Shown: positions 28,627 to 37,307, counted from the stretch's first letter. The stretch is DNA of 64,000 nucleotides from Collinsella sp. (GCA_048485235.1 DBFWCI010000004.1:3267-67266), one strand, 5' to 3'. Notes: a model not told the origin generated them from the sequence alone. Numbers and translations are program-made.

Positions 28627-29427
28627 CTAGTCTAGGCGCTGGCCATCGGCGCGCACGCGTTCGGTACCACGCCCACTGATCTGGCGGATAACCTCGCCGG
28701 CAATCATCTGACCCATGATGGGCGGCATAAAGCTGGCGGTTCCGAGCTCGGTACGCTCGTGGATATTGGAAGGGTCGCGGGGCTGTGTCTTAACCGATTC
28801 CTCACAGCTAAACAGTACATGCAGGCTCTTGATTCCGCGCTTCTTGCATTCTTTGCGCATGATGCGGCTCATGGGGTCACGTACCGTATCGAAGATGTCG
28901 GCAAAGCGGAGGCACTCGGGATGGAGCTTGTTGGCCCCGCCCATGGAGCTAACCAAACGGATGTCGTGGTCCTGAGCATATTTGGCAATGGTGAGCTTGG
29001 CCGAGATGGTGTCGATGGCGTCGACGACGTAGTCGAGCTTGCCGTCCGTCTGCTCCAAAACGCTCGCAAAGAACTCGTCGATGTTATCGCTCAACAGGCA
29101 TTCAGTTCGCTTGATGACGGTGGCGGCAGGATTGATATCGTGGATCATGGCCTCCATCACGTCAACCTTGCGCTTGCCGACGGTGCTGTGAAAGGCGATG
29201 GCCTGGCGATTGATATTGCTGGGCGCGATGATGTCCTTATCCAGAATGACGAAATGTCCGATGCCGCCGCGGGCGAGTGCCTCGCAGCAGTTGGAGCCCA
29301 CGCCTCCGCAGCCGAGCACCAGTACCGTAGCATCGGCGAGCTTGTCGAGTGCCTCGCGGCCCATGATGATTTCGAGCTTGGTATCGCGCGTCTCGACGAG
29401 AGCAGTAGCGTTTTCGGTCATAGACAT
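28627..29427 (-). CDS. tcdA: tRNA threonylcarbamoyladenosine dehydratase (ThiF/E1-like)
   Basis: VLVLGCGGVGSNCCEALARGGIGHFVILDKDIIAPSNINRQ is the ThiF-family nucleotide-binding motif. TcdA/CsdL-like length. Confidence 0.88.
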   Translation of the reverse strand: MSMTENATALVETRDTKLEIIMGREALDKLADATVLVLGCGGVGSNCCEALARGGIGHFVILDKDIIAPSNINRQAIAFHSTVGKRKVDVMEAMIHDINPAATVIKRTECLLSDNIDEFFASVLEQTDGKLDYVVDAIDTISAKLTIAKYAQDHDIRLVSSMGGANKLHPECLRFADIFDTVRDPMSRIMRKECKKRGIKSLHVLFSCEESVKTQPRDPSNIHERTELGTASFMPPIMGQMIAGEVIRQISGRGTERVRADGQRLD

Positions 29428-29629
29428 CCTCCGATGGGGAAGCGAATCGTGTTTTAGCTATCGTCATTATAGGTATTATCGCGATTTCATTTGAGCCCTT
29501 GGGGTTTGTTGAAATGGGATCGGGATTCGCATAAGATTGAAGCAGATGGCACCCGTTGCAGCGGGTTGGCCAACTCCGAAACACGTTTATGGCGTGAGAA
29601 GTGGCCGTCTTCGCATTACGCGGGGGCGG

Positions 29630-29716
29630 CTATTTCATTCGACCTCCAATGTGGATGCCGAGCTCCACAGCCGCGATTACAAGCAATAACAACGTCAGGA
29701 CATCGTCAATACTCAT
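29630..29716 (-). CDS. Unannotated 28-aa hydrophobic peptide ORF (type I toxin / holin-like toxin candidate)
   Basis: Read manually: MSIDDVLTLLLLVIAAVELGIHIGGRMK, with AAGGAGA SD 6 nt upstream of the ATG at 29716. Below the ORF-track size cutoff. Confidence 0.35.
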   Translation of the reverse strand: MSIDDVLTLLLLVIAAVELGIHIGGRMK

Positions 29717-29796
29717 AGTCCATCTCCTTCTTGGGTAGAGGGAGCTGGCCCATCTGCTTCAACTTCCATTGTAACTAAACACGAACGAATGTTCTA

Positions 29797-29833
29797 TAGA
29801 TGTTACTGTATTAGACAGTTAGACAAACATCTA
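29797..29833. promoter_or_regulatory. Nested palindrome, candidate ArsR/SdpR operator
   Basis: TAGATGTT-ACTGT-ATTAG-ACAGT-TAGACA-AACATCTA, 50 nt upstream of the sdpR-like start. Confidence 0.4.
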
Positions 29834-29882
29834 AATATCGAGTATAGTGTGCACGTCATGAGAGATGATGAGAGGAGGTCTT

Positions 29883-30161
29883 ATGCCGGGAGAGGGTTTT
29901 AAGGCGCTTGCCGATCCAACGCGACGGCGCATTTTGGAGTTGCTGCGCGAGGGCAATTGCACGGCGGGGGAGCTTGCCGAGCATTTCGATATCAGTAAGC
30001 CGTCGCTGAGCCATCACTTGGCGACGCTCAAAAACGCCGGGTTGGTGACCGACGAGCGCCATGGCCAAAACATCGTATACAGCTTAAACACCACCGTCAT
30101 GCAGGATTTAATTGGCTGGTTTATGGGCTTTACAAACACTGAAGGTGATAAGGATGAATAA
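29883..30161 (+). CDS. ArsR/SmtB-family transcriptional regulator (SdpR-like autorepressor)
   Basis: FKALADPTRRRILELL..CTAGELAEHFDISKPSLSHHLATLKNAGLV winged-HTH. An alternative start is ATG 29865. Confidence 0.85.
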   Translation: MPGEGFKALADPTRRRILELLREGNCTAGELAEHFDISKPSLSHHLATLKNAGLVTDERHGQNIVYSLNTTVMQDLIGWFMGFTNTEGDKDE

Positions 30162-30858
30162 CGAAAACAAGGGCATTCACCCCACGGGGGTATCGTCGCG
30201 CGTGTGGATTGCGCTGGTCGCTCTGTGCGTCGCCAATGTCGTAGCGCACCTCATGGTGATGCCGAGCTTGCCTGCGCAGATTCCCACGCACTGGGGCGCG
30301 AACGGCGCCGTCGACGGTTGGGGTCCTAGCTGGATGGCCTCCGCGCTCGGCGTGCTGCCTCTGGCGCTTCTCGCAATGTTCTGCGTGGTGCCGCGCATCG
30401 ACCCCAAAGGTGAGGCATATCGAACCTCGGGCAAGTTCTACCAGGGCTTCGTAATCGCCTTCACCTTGTTCATGTGCGCCATAAGCTGGCTGGGAGAGCT
30501 TACGGTCTGGGGCGTGGTGCCGGCGGTCGGTTCGGTTAACGTGCTGATTTCCGGTGTTGTCGGTTTGCTGTTCATCGGCGTAGGCAACTACTTGCCGCGT
30601 GTGAAGCAGAACTATACGCTCGGTATCAAGACACCTTGGGCGCTTGCCGATCCCGAGAACTGGCGCCGTACGCAGCGTTTTGGCGGCGCCTGCTTTATGG
30701 TGCTGGGTATTGGCCTGATTGTGATGGGCGTGGCAGGTAGCGTGCTTTCGAGTGAAGTCGTCGCCGCGGTGATTGCGGTTCTGGCGTTTGGTTCGGTTGG
30801 AGCCGTCTACGTCTACTCGTATCTGCTGTGGCGCAAATCGCAGCGAGCCGCTCGCTAA
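30154..30858 (+). CDS. SdpI/DUF1648-family membrane protein
   Basis: PAQIPTHWGANGAVDGWG (DUF1648 signature), then multiple TM helices and NYTLGIKTPWAL (SdpI motif). 8-nt overlap with the sdpR-like gene. Confidence 0.8.
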   Translation: MNNENKGIHPTGVSSRVWIALVALCVANVVAHLMVMPSLPAQIPTHWGANGAVDGWGPSWMASALGVLPLALLAMFCVVPRIDPKGEAYRTSGKFYQGFVIAFTLFMCAISWLGELTVWGVVPAVGSVNVLISGVVGLLFIGVGNYLPRVKQNYTLGIKTPWALADPENWRRTQRFGGACFMVLGIGLIVMGVAGSVLSSEVVAAVIAVLAFGSVGAVYVYSYLLWRKSQRAAR

Positions 30859-31043
30859 GGTTGCGGAAAACTAGCGTACGCAGTTCATAGTATGTTCCGG
30901 GGGAACTTTTCCCAGGTAGTATTAGGGGGTATGGGCAACCATGCCCCTATTTCGTTACGTTTCAGAGCTGGTTTTTCCATTTCGTTTCCACTAAAGCGAA
31001 ACAAGAATAGGAAAACAGCAGGTAGAAAGGATAAAACAGGCAT

Positions 31044-32723
31044 ATGGCGGAGTTTATCTACCAGATGTATCAGGCTCGCAAGGCCCATGGCGACAAGGTG
31101 ATCCTTGACGACGTGACCCTGAGCTTCTACCCCGGTGCCAAGATCGGAGTTGTGGGTCCCAACGGCATGGGCAAGTCGACCCTGCTCAAGATCATGGCCG
31201 GCATCGAGGAGGTCTCCAACGGCGATGCCAGGCTCACCCCCGGCTACACTGTGGGCATCCTGCAGCAGGAGCCGCCGCTCGATGACGACAAGACCGTCAT
31301 CGAGAACGTGCGCATGGCGTTTGGCGATATGATCGCCAAGGTCGATCGCTTCAATAAGATCGGCGAGGAGATGTGCGACCCGGACTGTGACATGGACGCA
31401 CTCATGGCCGAGATGGGAAAGCTCCAGGACGAGATCGATGCCGCCGACGGCTGGGATATCGATTCCAAGCTCGGTCAGGCCATGGACGCCCTGCAGCTGC
31501 CCGATTCTGACATGCCGGTCAACGTGCTTTCCGGCGGCGAGTGCCGCCGCGTGGCCCTGTGCAAGCTGCTGCTCGAAGCTCCCGACCTGCTGCTACTCGA
31601 CGAGCCCACGAACCACCTGGACGCCGAGTCGATCCTGTGGCTCGAGCACTTCCTGCACAACTACCAGGGTGCCGTTCTGGCCGTCACGCACGATCGCTAC
31701 TTCCTGGATAACGTTGCCGAGTGGATCTGCGAGGTCGACCGCGGTCACCTTTATCCCTACAAGGGCAACTACTCCACGTATCTGGAGACCAAGGCCGCCC
31801 GTATCGAGGCGCAGAGCAACCGCGACGCCAAGCTCGCCAAGCGCATGGAGGCCGAGCTCGAGTGGGTGCGCAGCTCGCCCAAGGCCCGTCAGGCCAAGAA
31901 CAAGGCCCGTCTGGCTCGCTACGAGGAGATGGAGGCCGAGGCCCGCGCAAGCCAGAAACTCGACTGGACCGACATCCGCATCCCTGTGGGCCCGCGTCTG
32001 GGCAACAAGGTGCTTGAGGCCCATCACCTGCACAAGGAGTTCGACGGCCGCGTGCTCATCGATGACCTTTCGTTCACCCTGCCGCGCAACGGCATCGTGG
32101 GCGTCATCGGCCCCAACGGTGTCGGTAAGACCACGCTGTTCAAGACGATTGTGGGTCTGGAGCCGCTGACTTCGGGCGAGCTCGAGGTGGGCGAGACCGT
32201 CAAGATTTCTTACGTCGACCAGAACCGTTCCGGCATCGATCCCGATAAGAACCTGTGGGAGGTCGTCTCGGACGGCCTGGACCACATGATGGTCGGCGAG
32301 ACCGAGGTTCCGAGCCGCGCTTATGTGGCGAGCTTTGGCTTTAAGGGCCAGGACCAGCAGAAGCGCGCTGGCGTGCTCTCCGGCGGCGAGCGCAACCGTC
32401 TGAACTTGGCGCTTACGCTCAAGCAGGGCGGCAACCTGCTGCTTCTCGACGAGCCCACGAACGACCTCGACGTCGAGACGCTGTCCTCGCTCGAAGCGGC
32501 GCTGCTCGAGTTCCCGGGCTGCTCGGTGGTCATTAGCCACGATCGTATGTTCCTGGACCGCGTCGCCACGCACATCCTGGCGTGGGAGGGCACCGACGAG
32601 AATCCGGGCAACTGGTATTGGTTCGAGGGCAACTTCGAGGCCTATCAGGCCAACCGTATCGAGCGCCTGGGCGAGGACGCAGCCCAGCCTCATCGTATCC
32701 ACCGCAAGCTCACGCGTGACTAG
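31044..32723 (+). CDS. ettA: Energy-dependent translational throttle protein EttA (ABC-F)
   Basis: 559 aa. MAEFIYQMYQARKAHGDKVILDDVTLSF N-terminus, two ABC cassettes and the arm/linker region typical of EttA. Confidence 0.93.
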   Translation: MAEFIYQMYQARKAHGDKVILDDVTLSFYPGAKIGVVGPNGMGKSTLLKIMAGIEEVSNGDARLTPGYTVGILQQEPPLDDDKTVIENVRMAFGDMIAKVDRFNKIGEEMCDPDCDMDALMAEMGKLQDEIDAADGWDIDSKLGQAMDALQLPDSDMPVNVLSGGECRRVALCKLLLEAPDLLLLDEPTNHLDAESILWLEHFLHNYQGAVLAVTHDRYFLDNVAEWICEVDRGHLYPYKGNYSTYLETKAARIEAQSNRDAKLAKRMEAELEWVRSSPKARQAKNKARLARYEEMEAEARASQKLDWTDIRIPVGPRLGNKVLEAHHLHKEFDGRVLIDDLSFTLPRNGIVGVIGPNGVGKTTLFKTIVGLEPLTSGELEVGETVKISYVDQNRSGIDPDKNLWEVVSDGLDHMMVGETEVPSRAYVASFGFKGQDQQKRAGVLSGGERNRLNLALTLKQGGNLLLLDEPTNDLDVETLSSLEAALLEFPGCSVVISHDRMFLDRVATHILAWEGTDENPGNWYWFEGNFEAYQANRIERLGEDAAQPHRIHRKLTRD

Positions 32724-32726
32724 ATC

Positions 32727-32870
32727 GTTACGCGGTTTTCCAAACCGCGTAACTGCTCGACGCTGCGCGGGCCGCAAGCACCCCATCTTGCCGTTCAAGC
32801 CGTCGCTCGCGTACCGTAGTACGCGTCGCTCCTCTTTCACGGCAACCTGGGGCACTTGCGGCCCGCTCGC
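32727..32870 (-). repeat. Structured intergenic repeat, copy B (long hairpin of about 100 nt plus a 12-bp GTTACGCGGTTT hairpin)
   Basis: In minus-strand orientation: GGGCCGCAAG..CCCCA GG TTGCCG TGAAAGAGGAGCGA CGCGTAC-TACG-GTACGCG AGCGACGGCTTGAA CGGCAA GA TGGGG..CTTGCGGCCC. Related copies at 47646-47771 and 63728-63829. Confidence 0.7.
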
Positions 32871-32937
32871 TGTTGGTTGCGCAACATCAACAAATAAAAA
32901 CGGCTCAAATCCTGATTTGGATTTGAGCCGTTTGTCG

Positions 32938-34284
32938 TTACTGCTCGGGTTCTTCGACTTTATCGATGGTCCAGGCGGCTCCGAGGCCGCCGGTGGTGCT
33001 GCGGCGGATACGCACGGTAACCTCGCGGCGCTCGCCGGCCTGCGTGTAGCGCAGGGGGAAGCTTGCGCGGTTTCGCGCGGCCTCGATGGTACCGCGCTCG
33101 CGGGCGATCCAGTAGTACTCGCCGACGATGCCGAGCGTGTCGGCGCCGTAGGGGAGATAGGTCGACAACTGGTGCAGAAGCGGGCCGGGGCAGAAGACCT
33201 CGGTTGCGAAATCGACGGGGAAGTCCTCGGGGATGGCGGGCGCTACGGGTGCGGGGACCGGTACTGCAGCGGGAGCCGAAGCCGGTGCTGGTGCGGGAAT
33301 TTGGTCGCAAGCAGCGGTGGGCACGGATTCGATGACGGGTGCGGGCTCCAGCGTCGCTTCCGGCTTGATCGTGGAATCTGCGGGCTCCAGCGTCGTCTTC
33401 GGCTTGGTTGTGGAATCTGCGGGCTTCACGGTGACGGGCGCGTCTGCAGCTGCAGTTTCAACCTCAACCTGCGTCGCGCTCTCATTCTCGACGCTCGACT
33501 TTGCCTCGATGGGCGTGGATGCCATGGTGGTGATGCCGGCGTTGGCATTCTCGGGGTCATAGACGACCGTGAGCGAGATGGCGGGCTGCGGCGTCTCGGG
33601 CTCCGGTGTCGACTCGGTGGCGTCTTGATCGTCGGGCTCGTCGGGTTGATCGTCCTCGGGCTCGTCGCCAAAGACATCGCTGTTTTGGAACGCAGACGTC
33701 TCGGGTTGGTTGGCGGCTTCTTCGGTTGTCGACTTGGGAGCTTCGTTGAGCTCCGCAGTGGCTTCCTGCTCGGATATGACTTCGGGATCGGTCGTAGCGG
33801 TGATTTCGGTTTCGGCTTCTGCCGTTACCTCAATAGCGACTTCGATCTCGGGCTCGGGCTCGGATTCTGGCACGGCTTCAACCATGGCTTCAGGCTCGGG
33901 ACGCTTAACGTGCTTGGGGCGCACGGCCTTGAGGTCCTTCTCGCCGCGTTTTTTCTTTTTGTAGGACTGCTTGGCTCCCTTGGCAGCCTTGGGCTTGTCC
34001 TCGCCCTTGGCAAGGGCGGCATCCCAGGCCTCGTTGGCGATGACCGTGGCATACAGGCGACCGCCCTTAAAGACGGTCAGCTTAATGCAGTCGTCGAGCT
34101 CCTCGAGCAGCTCGCGCGTGGACTCGAAGCCCAGGTCATAAGCGGCCATGTCACCAGCGGCGAGTGCCTCCTCGACCTGCGTCATAAACGTTTGCTTGCC
34201 GCATCCAATCGCATCGCGCAGCAGGCGATACAGATAGATGTGGTTGCCCAGCGAAAGCGTGGGCGTAACTATTGTCTTGCTCAT
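32938..34284 (-). CDS. Hypothetical protein with a long acidic Pro/Glu/Thr-rich repetitive linker
   Basis: Start moved to ATG 34284 (GAGGAGA SD). Globular N-terminal domain of about 110 aa, low-complexity centre, globular C-terminal domain of about 110 aa. No family assigned with confidence. Confidence 0.6.
   Translation of the reverse strand: MSKTIVTPTLSLGNHIYLYRLLRDAIGCGKQTFMTQVEEALAAGDMAAYDLGFESTRELLEELDDCIKLTVFKGGRLYATVIANEAWDAALAKGEDKPKAAKGAKQSYKKKKRGEKDLKAVRPKHVKRPEPEAMVEAVPESEPEPEIEVAIEVTAEAETEITATTDPEVISEQEATAELNEAPKSTTEEAANQPETSAFQNSDVFGDEPEDDQPDEPDDQDATESTPEPETPQPAISLTVVYDPENANAGITTMASTPIEAKSSVENESATQVEVETAAADAPVTVKPADSTTKPKTTLEPADSTIKPEATLEPAPVIESVPTAACDQIPAPAPASAPAAVPVPAPVAPAIPEDFPVDFATEVFCPGPLLHQLSTYLPYGADTLGIVGEYYWIARERGTIEAARNRASFPLRYTQAGERREVTVRIRRSTTGGLGAAWTIDKVEEPEQ
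33341..33427 (-). repeat. 2 x 42-bp in-frame tandem repeat inside the hypothetical gene
   Basis: GCGGGCTCCAGCGTCG(C/T)CTTC(C)GGCTTG(A/G)T(C/T)GTGGAATCT occurs twice, encoding ADSTxKPxxTLEP units. Confidence 0.7.
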
Positions 34285-34419
34285 GGCAAATCTCCTCTTT
34301 ACACACCAAAGCATCTTACCATCGCGCGGGGCTTGCCATCTCGTCGCCCAAGGCAAACGGGCGCGAACCGCTATCGATTCGCGCCCGTTGTACAGGTTGC
34401 CTATCTGGGGATGCAGCGC

Positions 34420-35370
34420 CTAGTTGTCCGATGTCGTGCCTTGGCTTGAACTGTCAGATGCCGTGCCCGATGTGGTGCCACTCGAATTGCTGTTGTTGCT
34501 GTCTGCTGTGCCCGTTCCCGACGTGGTGTCGCTCGTCTGGCCTCCCGTGTTCGGCTGCGAACCGTCAGTCGTTTGGCTTGAGTCGGTCGTGCCGGATTGC
34601 GCGCCGCTGTTGTTCACAGAAGAATCGGCGCCCTGCGATTGGTTTTGGGTATTCGAGGACGAATCGGTAGAGGTGGAACTGTCTTGCGTGCCGTCCGTCT
34701 GTGCCTGCTGGTCTTGCGACTGGGTGTTGCCATTTGCATCGCTTTCCGTCGTGCGCGACGAAAGGATTGGCTCGGGGCGCTCGCCCAGACCCTCACCGGC
34801 GGTGGTGATAAGGATGGCGCCGGCGCAGGCGATGACCGCGACGATGGCGATGGCGATCGAGAAGATGATGACCTTCTTTTGCGTCTGGCTGCGCTCTGCC
34901 GCCGCCTTGGCGCGCAGGCTGTCGGGGGCGACGCGCGCCGTGGTCGCGCGCCCTTCAATCTGGCGCATCTCCTGGGTAGTCGCGGCGCCGCCTAAGTGCT
35001 CCTCGGCATTTAATTCAACGGGTTCATAGGCGCCGGCGGGGTAGTCGACGGTGGCGTGCGTACCTTTGAGGGCTTCGGCGCTGGCAGAGATAAAGTGGCG
35101 GTAGACCTGCGAGGACACAACGGTGATGACCGAGCTCACAGCGGCACCGATCACCGATCCGGCGATACCGATCTTGGAGGCAAGCGCGACGCTCGTAGCG
35201 GCAGCTGCGGCGCCGGCGATGATCTGGGGAATGGAAATGTCGTCAAACAGGCCCTTTTTGGGCGCGATGGCCATGGTCTGGCCGATGGAATGGTTTTCGT
35301 GAACGCCGTTGTTGAGCGATGCCGGCGTCATGACACGTGTGCGCGGCGCGTCGGTGTACTTGGTTGTCAT
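34420..35370 (-). CDS. Membrane protein with a Ser/Thr/Gln-rich C-terminal tail
   Basis: Start moved to ATG 35370 (GGGAGGA SD). Two hydrophobic segments, then a low-complexity DSS/TSG-rich tail. Confidence 0.6.
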   Translation of the reverse strand: MTTKYTDAPRTRVMTPASLNNGVHENHSIGQTMAIAPKKGLFDDISIPQIIAGAAAAATSVALASKIGIAGSVIGAAVSSVITVVSSQVYRHFISASAEALKGTHATVDYPAGAYEPVELNAEEHLGGAATTQEMRQIEGRATTARVAPDSLRAKAAAERSQTQKKVIIFSIAIAIVAVIACAGAILITTAGEGLGERPEPILSSRTTESDANGNTQSQDQQAQTDGTQDSSTSTDSSSNTQNQSQGADSSVNNSGAQSGTTDSSQTTDGSQPNTGGQTSDTTSGTGTADSNNSNSSGTTSGTASDSSSQGTTSDN

Positions 35371-35544
35371 ACGGGGTCCTCCCGGTGTAAATCTGCTTCG
35401 TTTCGTGTAGCCATCAGGGTACCCACCAGATGTGAATCGTACGTGACATTTAACAGATACCATCAACTCATCAAGGGGGCTTGCTGTCTTTGGTGCAATA
35501 GCTTGATGCTAAACTGGATTAACGATTGCGAGGTGGTTTACGTG

Positions 35545-35763
35545 ATGTACCCGTATATGACATTCGAAGACGGTACCGAGGTCGTTCATTCTGACCTGAT
35601 AACAGATGGGGATATCGAAAAGGTTATCGTGCATTTTGAACGACCGACGGTAGAGGGCTTCGACTCCGCTCGCTGTGAGTTGCCTTCCTGTTCGTGGACT
35701 GACTGGGAAGGGCATTTTACTCAGAGTGAAAAACGAGCTTTCGAAGAGTGTTTGAGCAAATAA
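35545..35763 (+). CDS. Small hypothetical protein (72 aa) at the left edge of the AT-rich island
   Basis: Only the last 72 codons of ORF 35056-35763 lie outside the opposite-strand gene. ATG 35545 follows a GAGGTGG SD. MYPYMTFEDGTEVVHSDL.. resembles small accessory proteins from Firmicutes mobile elements (vague recollection). Confidence 0.5.
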   Translation: MYPYMTFEDGTEVVHSDLITDGDIEKVIVHFERPTVEGFDSARCELPSCSWTDWEGHFTQSEKRAFEECLSK

Positions 35764-35863
35764 TTTAGATTAGTTCGAGTTTAGTTCGAATAAAGAAGCC
35801 GAATACGATGACCTAAAGCGTATGCATTTTTAGTATTAGATGCGTATGAAATGGAGGATGTGA

Positions 35864-36145
35864 ATGGATGAGCTAATAGACTTTAAAAAACGATTTCTCA
35901 AGAATGGCGAGCTGGTTTCAATTCCAAAAAAGGAAAGCTATAAAAGAATCATGCTGCTATGGGCCGTCTCTTTCTTTGAATTAAATACAAGTTATACGGA
36001 GCTTCAGGTTAATCGTGTGCTGTCACAGCTCTATCCTGATTATGCCGTGTTGAGGCGGTACTTGGTTGATTATGGATTCCTATTAAGGGATGAGCGAGGC
36101 CTGAAATACGAGGTTAATCCTGATGTTCACGGTATTGAGAGCTAG
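35864..36145 (+). CDS. DUF2087 domain protein (stand-alone, 93 aa)
   Basis: ..IPKKESYKRIMLLWAVSFFE..YTELQVNRVLSQLYPDYAVLRRYLVDYGFLLRD matches my recollection of the DUF2087 pattern, which is usually fused to HTH regulators. Confidence 0.7.
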   Translation: MDELIDFKKRFLKNGELVSIPKKESYKRIMLLWAVSFFELNTSYTELQVNRVLSQLYPDYAVLRRYLVDYGFLLRDERGLKYEVNPDVHGIES

Positions 36146-37307
36146 CCGTCCGGTTCGGGTCCTATATATTGCTAGAGGGATAAGCGAAATAGGCAATTGG
36201 TGTGCGAATATTGCTTTGCCAATGCTGATTTACGAGGTAACTCACGATGTTTCTGCAACTGCTTTGATGGTCTGCTGCAGATTTGCCCCCTCTCTGTTTT
36301 CAGTTGCGCTCGCGCAGCTGCCTCAGAAGATGGGTATCGGGACACTGCAGGCCATGAGATTGGCAGACTTAATTCGCGCGGGATTATTCGTTTGCTATAT
36401 TTTTGTTGATAGTAAATGGAGTATGTTTGCTATTACGTGCGCGGTATCGCTTTGCCGAACGGTTGAAATGCCCTGCTTTTACTCGTTGTTAAGAGCCAAT
36501 ACGAATAGTATCAATCGCGACGTAATTAATAATTCGTTTGGGTTTCTGCAGAATTTGATGATGGTTCTGGGGCCAGTTGCCGGCGGTTTTGTTGTCGCTC
36601 AATTTGGGGCGGAGGCTGTTCTTGCATTAGACGCGCTTTCTTTTGCCGCGTCGTTCTGGTTGCTGCGAGATGTTCCGTCGGTTATCGAGGTTAATGATAA
36701 AGAGGGGATAAGCAAAAATGAAAAAAACAGGACTGCATTTAGTGATCTTAGCGCGAAGCACTTGGCAATTGGTTTCCTATTAATCGATATTTCTAGTGGC
36801 GTGGCATTCGGCTCTCTGAATTCTCTTTTGCCAGCTATAGCGCAATTGCAATTTGACTCGTCATCGATACAATACGGATTCCTTCAGAGTAGTCTTACAA
36901 TCGGACTGTTGTTCGGAAATACAATATATGGTCGTTTAATCAGTGGTTCCGATTGCGTTAAATCATATTGTTTTGTGACGTATCTTGCGCTCGGTGCGTA
37001 TCTGGCGTTTGGCTATCGCTATGCGTCTGGGATATCGTTTATTTTCCTTTTTATTGTCGGTGCCGGAAACGCCATTCAAGATGTGCTTCTCATAACATCG
37101 CTGCAGGATTTGGCGAGAGACGGATCTGAATCGATAAGCCTGTTTTCAATTAGGGAGTCTTTGCAATCGGTTGCTGTTGTTATTTCAACACTCCTTGTTT
37201 CGCTGTTCACGAGCATCGCGATGTTCTCAATTCTCGTTACAGGACTTGGTGTATTTTCAATTATGATGGTAGTTGTGTTTCAATTGAATTATTTGCGAAA
37301 GATGTGA
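36123..37307 (+). CDS. MFS transporter (efflux type)
   Basis: 394 aa, about 12 hydrophobic segments. The N-terminus ..LYIARGISEIGNWCANIALPMLIY resembles EntS/macrolide-efflux-like MFS proteins. AT-rich codon usage. Confidence 0.85.
   Translation: MFTVLRASRPVRVLYIARGISEIGNWCANIALPMLIYEVTHDVSATALMVCCRFAPSLFSVALAQLPQKMGIGTLQAMRLADLIRAGLFVCYIFVDSKWSMFAITCAVSLCRTVEMPCFYSLLRANTNSINRDVINNSFGFLQNLMMVLGPVAGGFVVAQFGAEAVLALDALSFAASFWLLRDVPSVIEVNDKEGISKNEKNRTAFSDLSAKHLAIGFLLIDISSGVAFGSLNSLLPAIAQLQFDSSSIQYGFLQSSLTIGLLFGNTIYGRLISGSDCVKSYCFVTYLALGAYLAFGYRYASGISFIFLFIVGAGNAIQDVLLITSLQDLARDGSESISLFSIRESLQSVAVVISTLLVSLFTSIAMFSILVTGLGVFSIMMVVVFQLNYLRKM

Noticed and set aside
30892-31101. 69-aa ORF upstream of, and overlapping, the ettA start
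   Set aside because: It has no SD, its composition is odd, and it overlaps the well-supported ettA start at 31044.
31593-32855. 420-aa ORF on the minus strand
   Set aside because: It is antisense to ettA. It is a shadow ORF.
32716-34449. 577-aa ORF on the plus strand
   Set aside because: It is antisense to the 32938-34284 gene and runs through the repeat element. Its Gly/Arg/Leu-rich composition has no motifs. The minus-strand gene has a proper SD and start.
35056-35544. Upstream 163 codons of ORF 35056-35763
   Set aside because: They overlap the opposite-strand membrane-protein gene (34420-35370) and have shadow-ORF composition. Only the segment after the GAGGTGG SD at 35530 is plausible.
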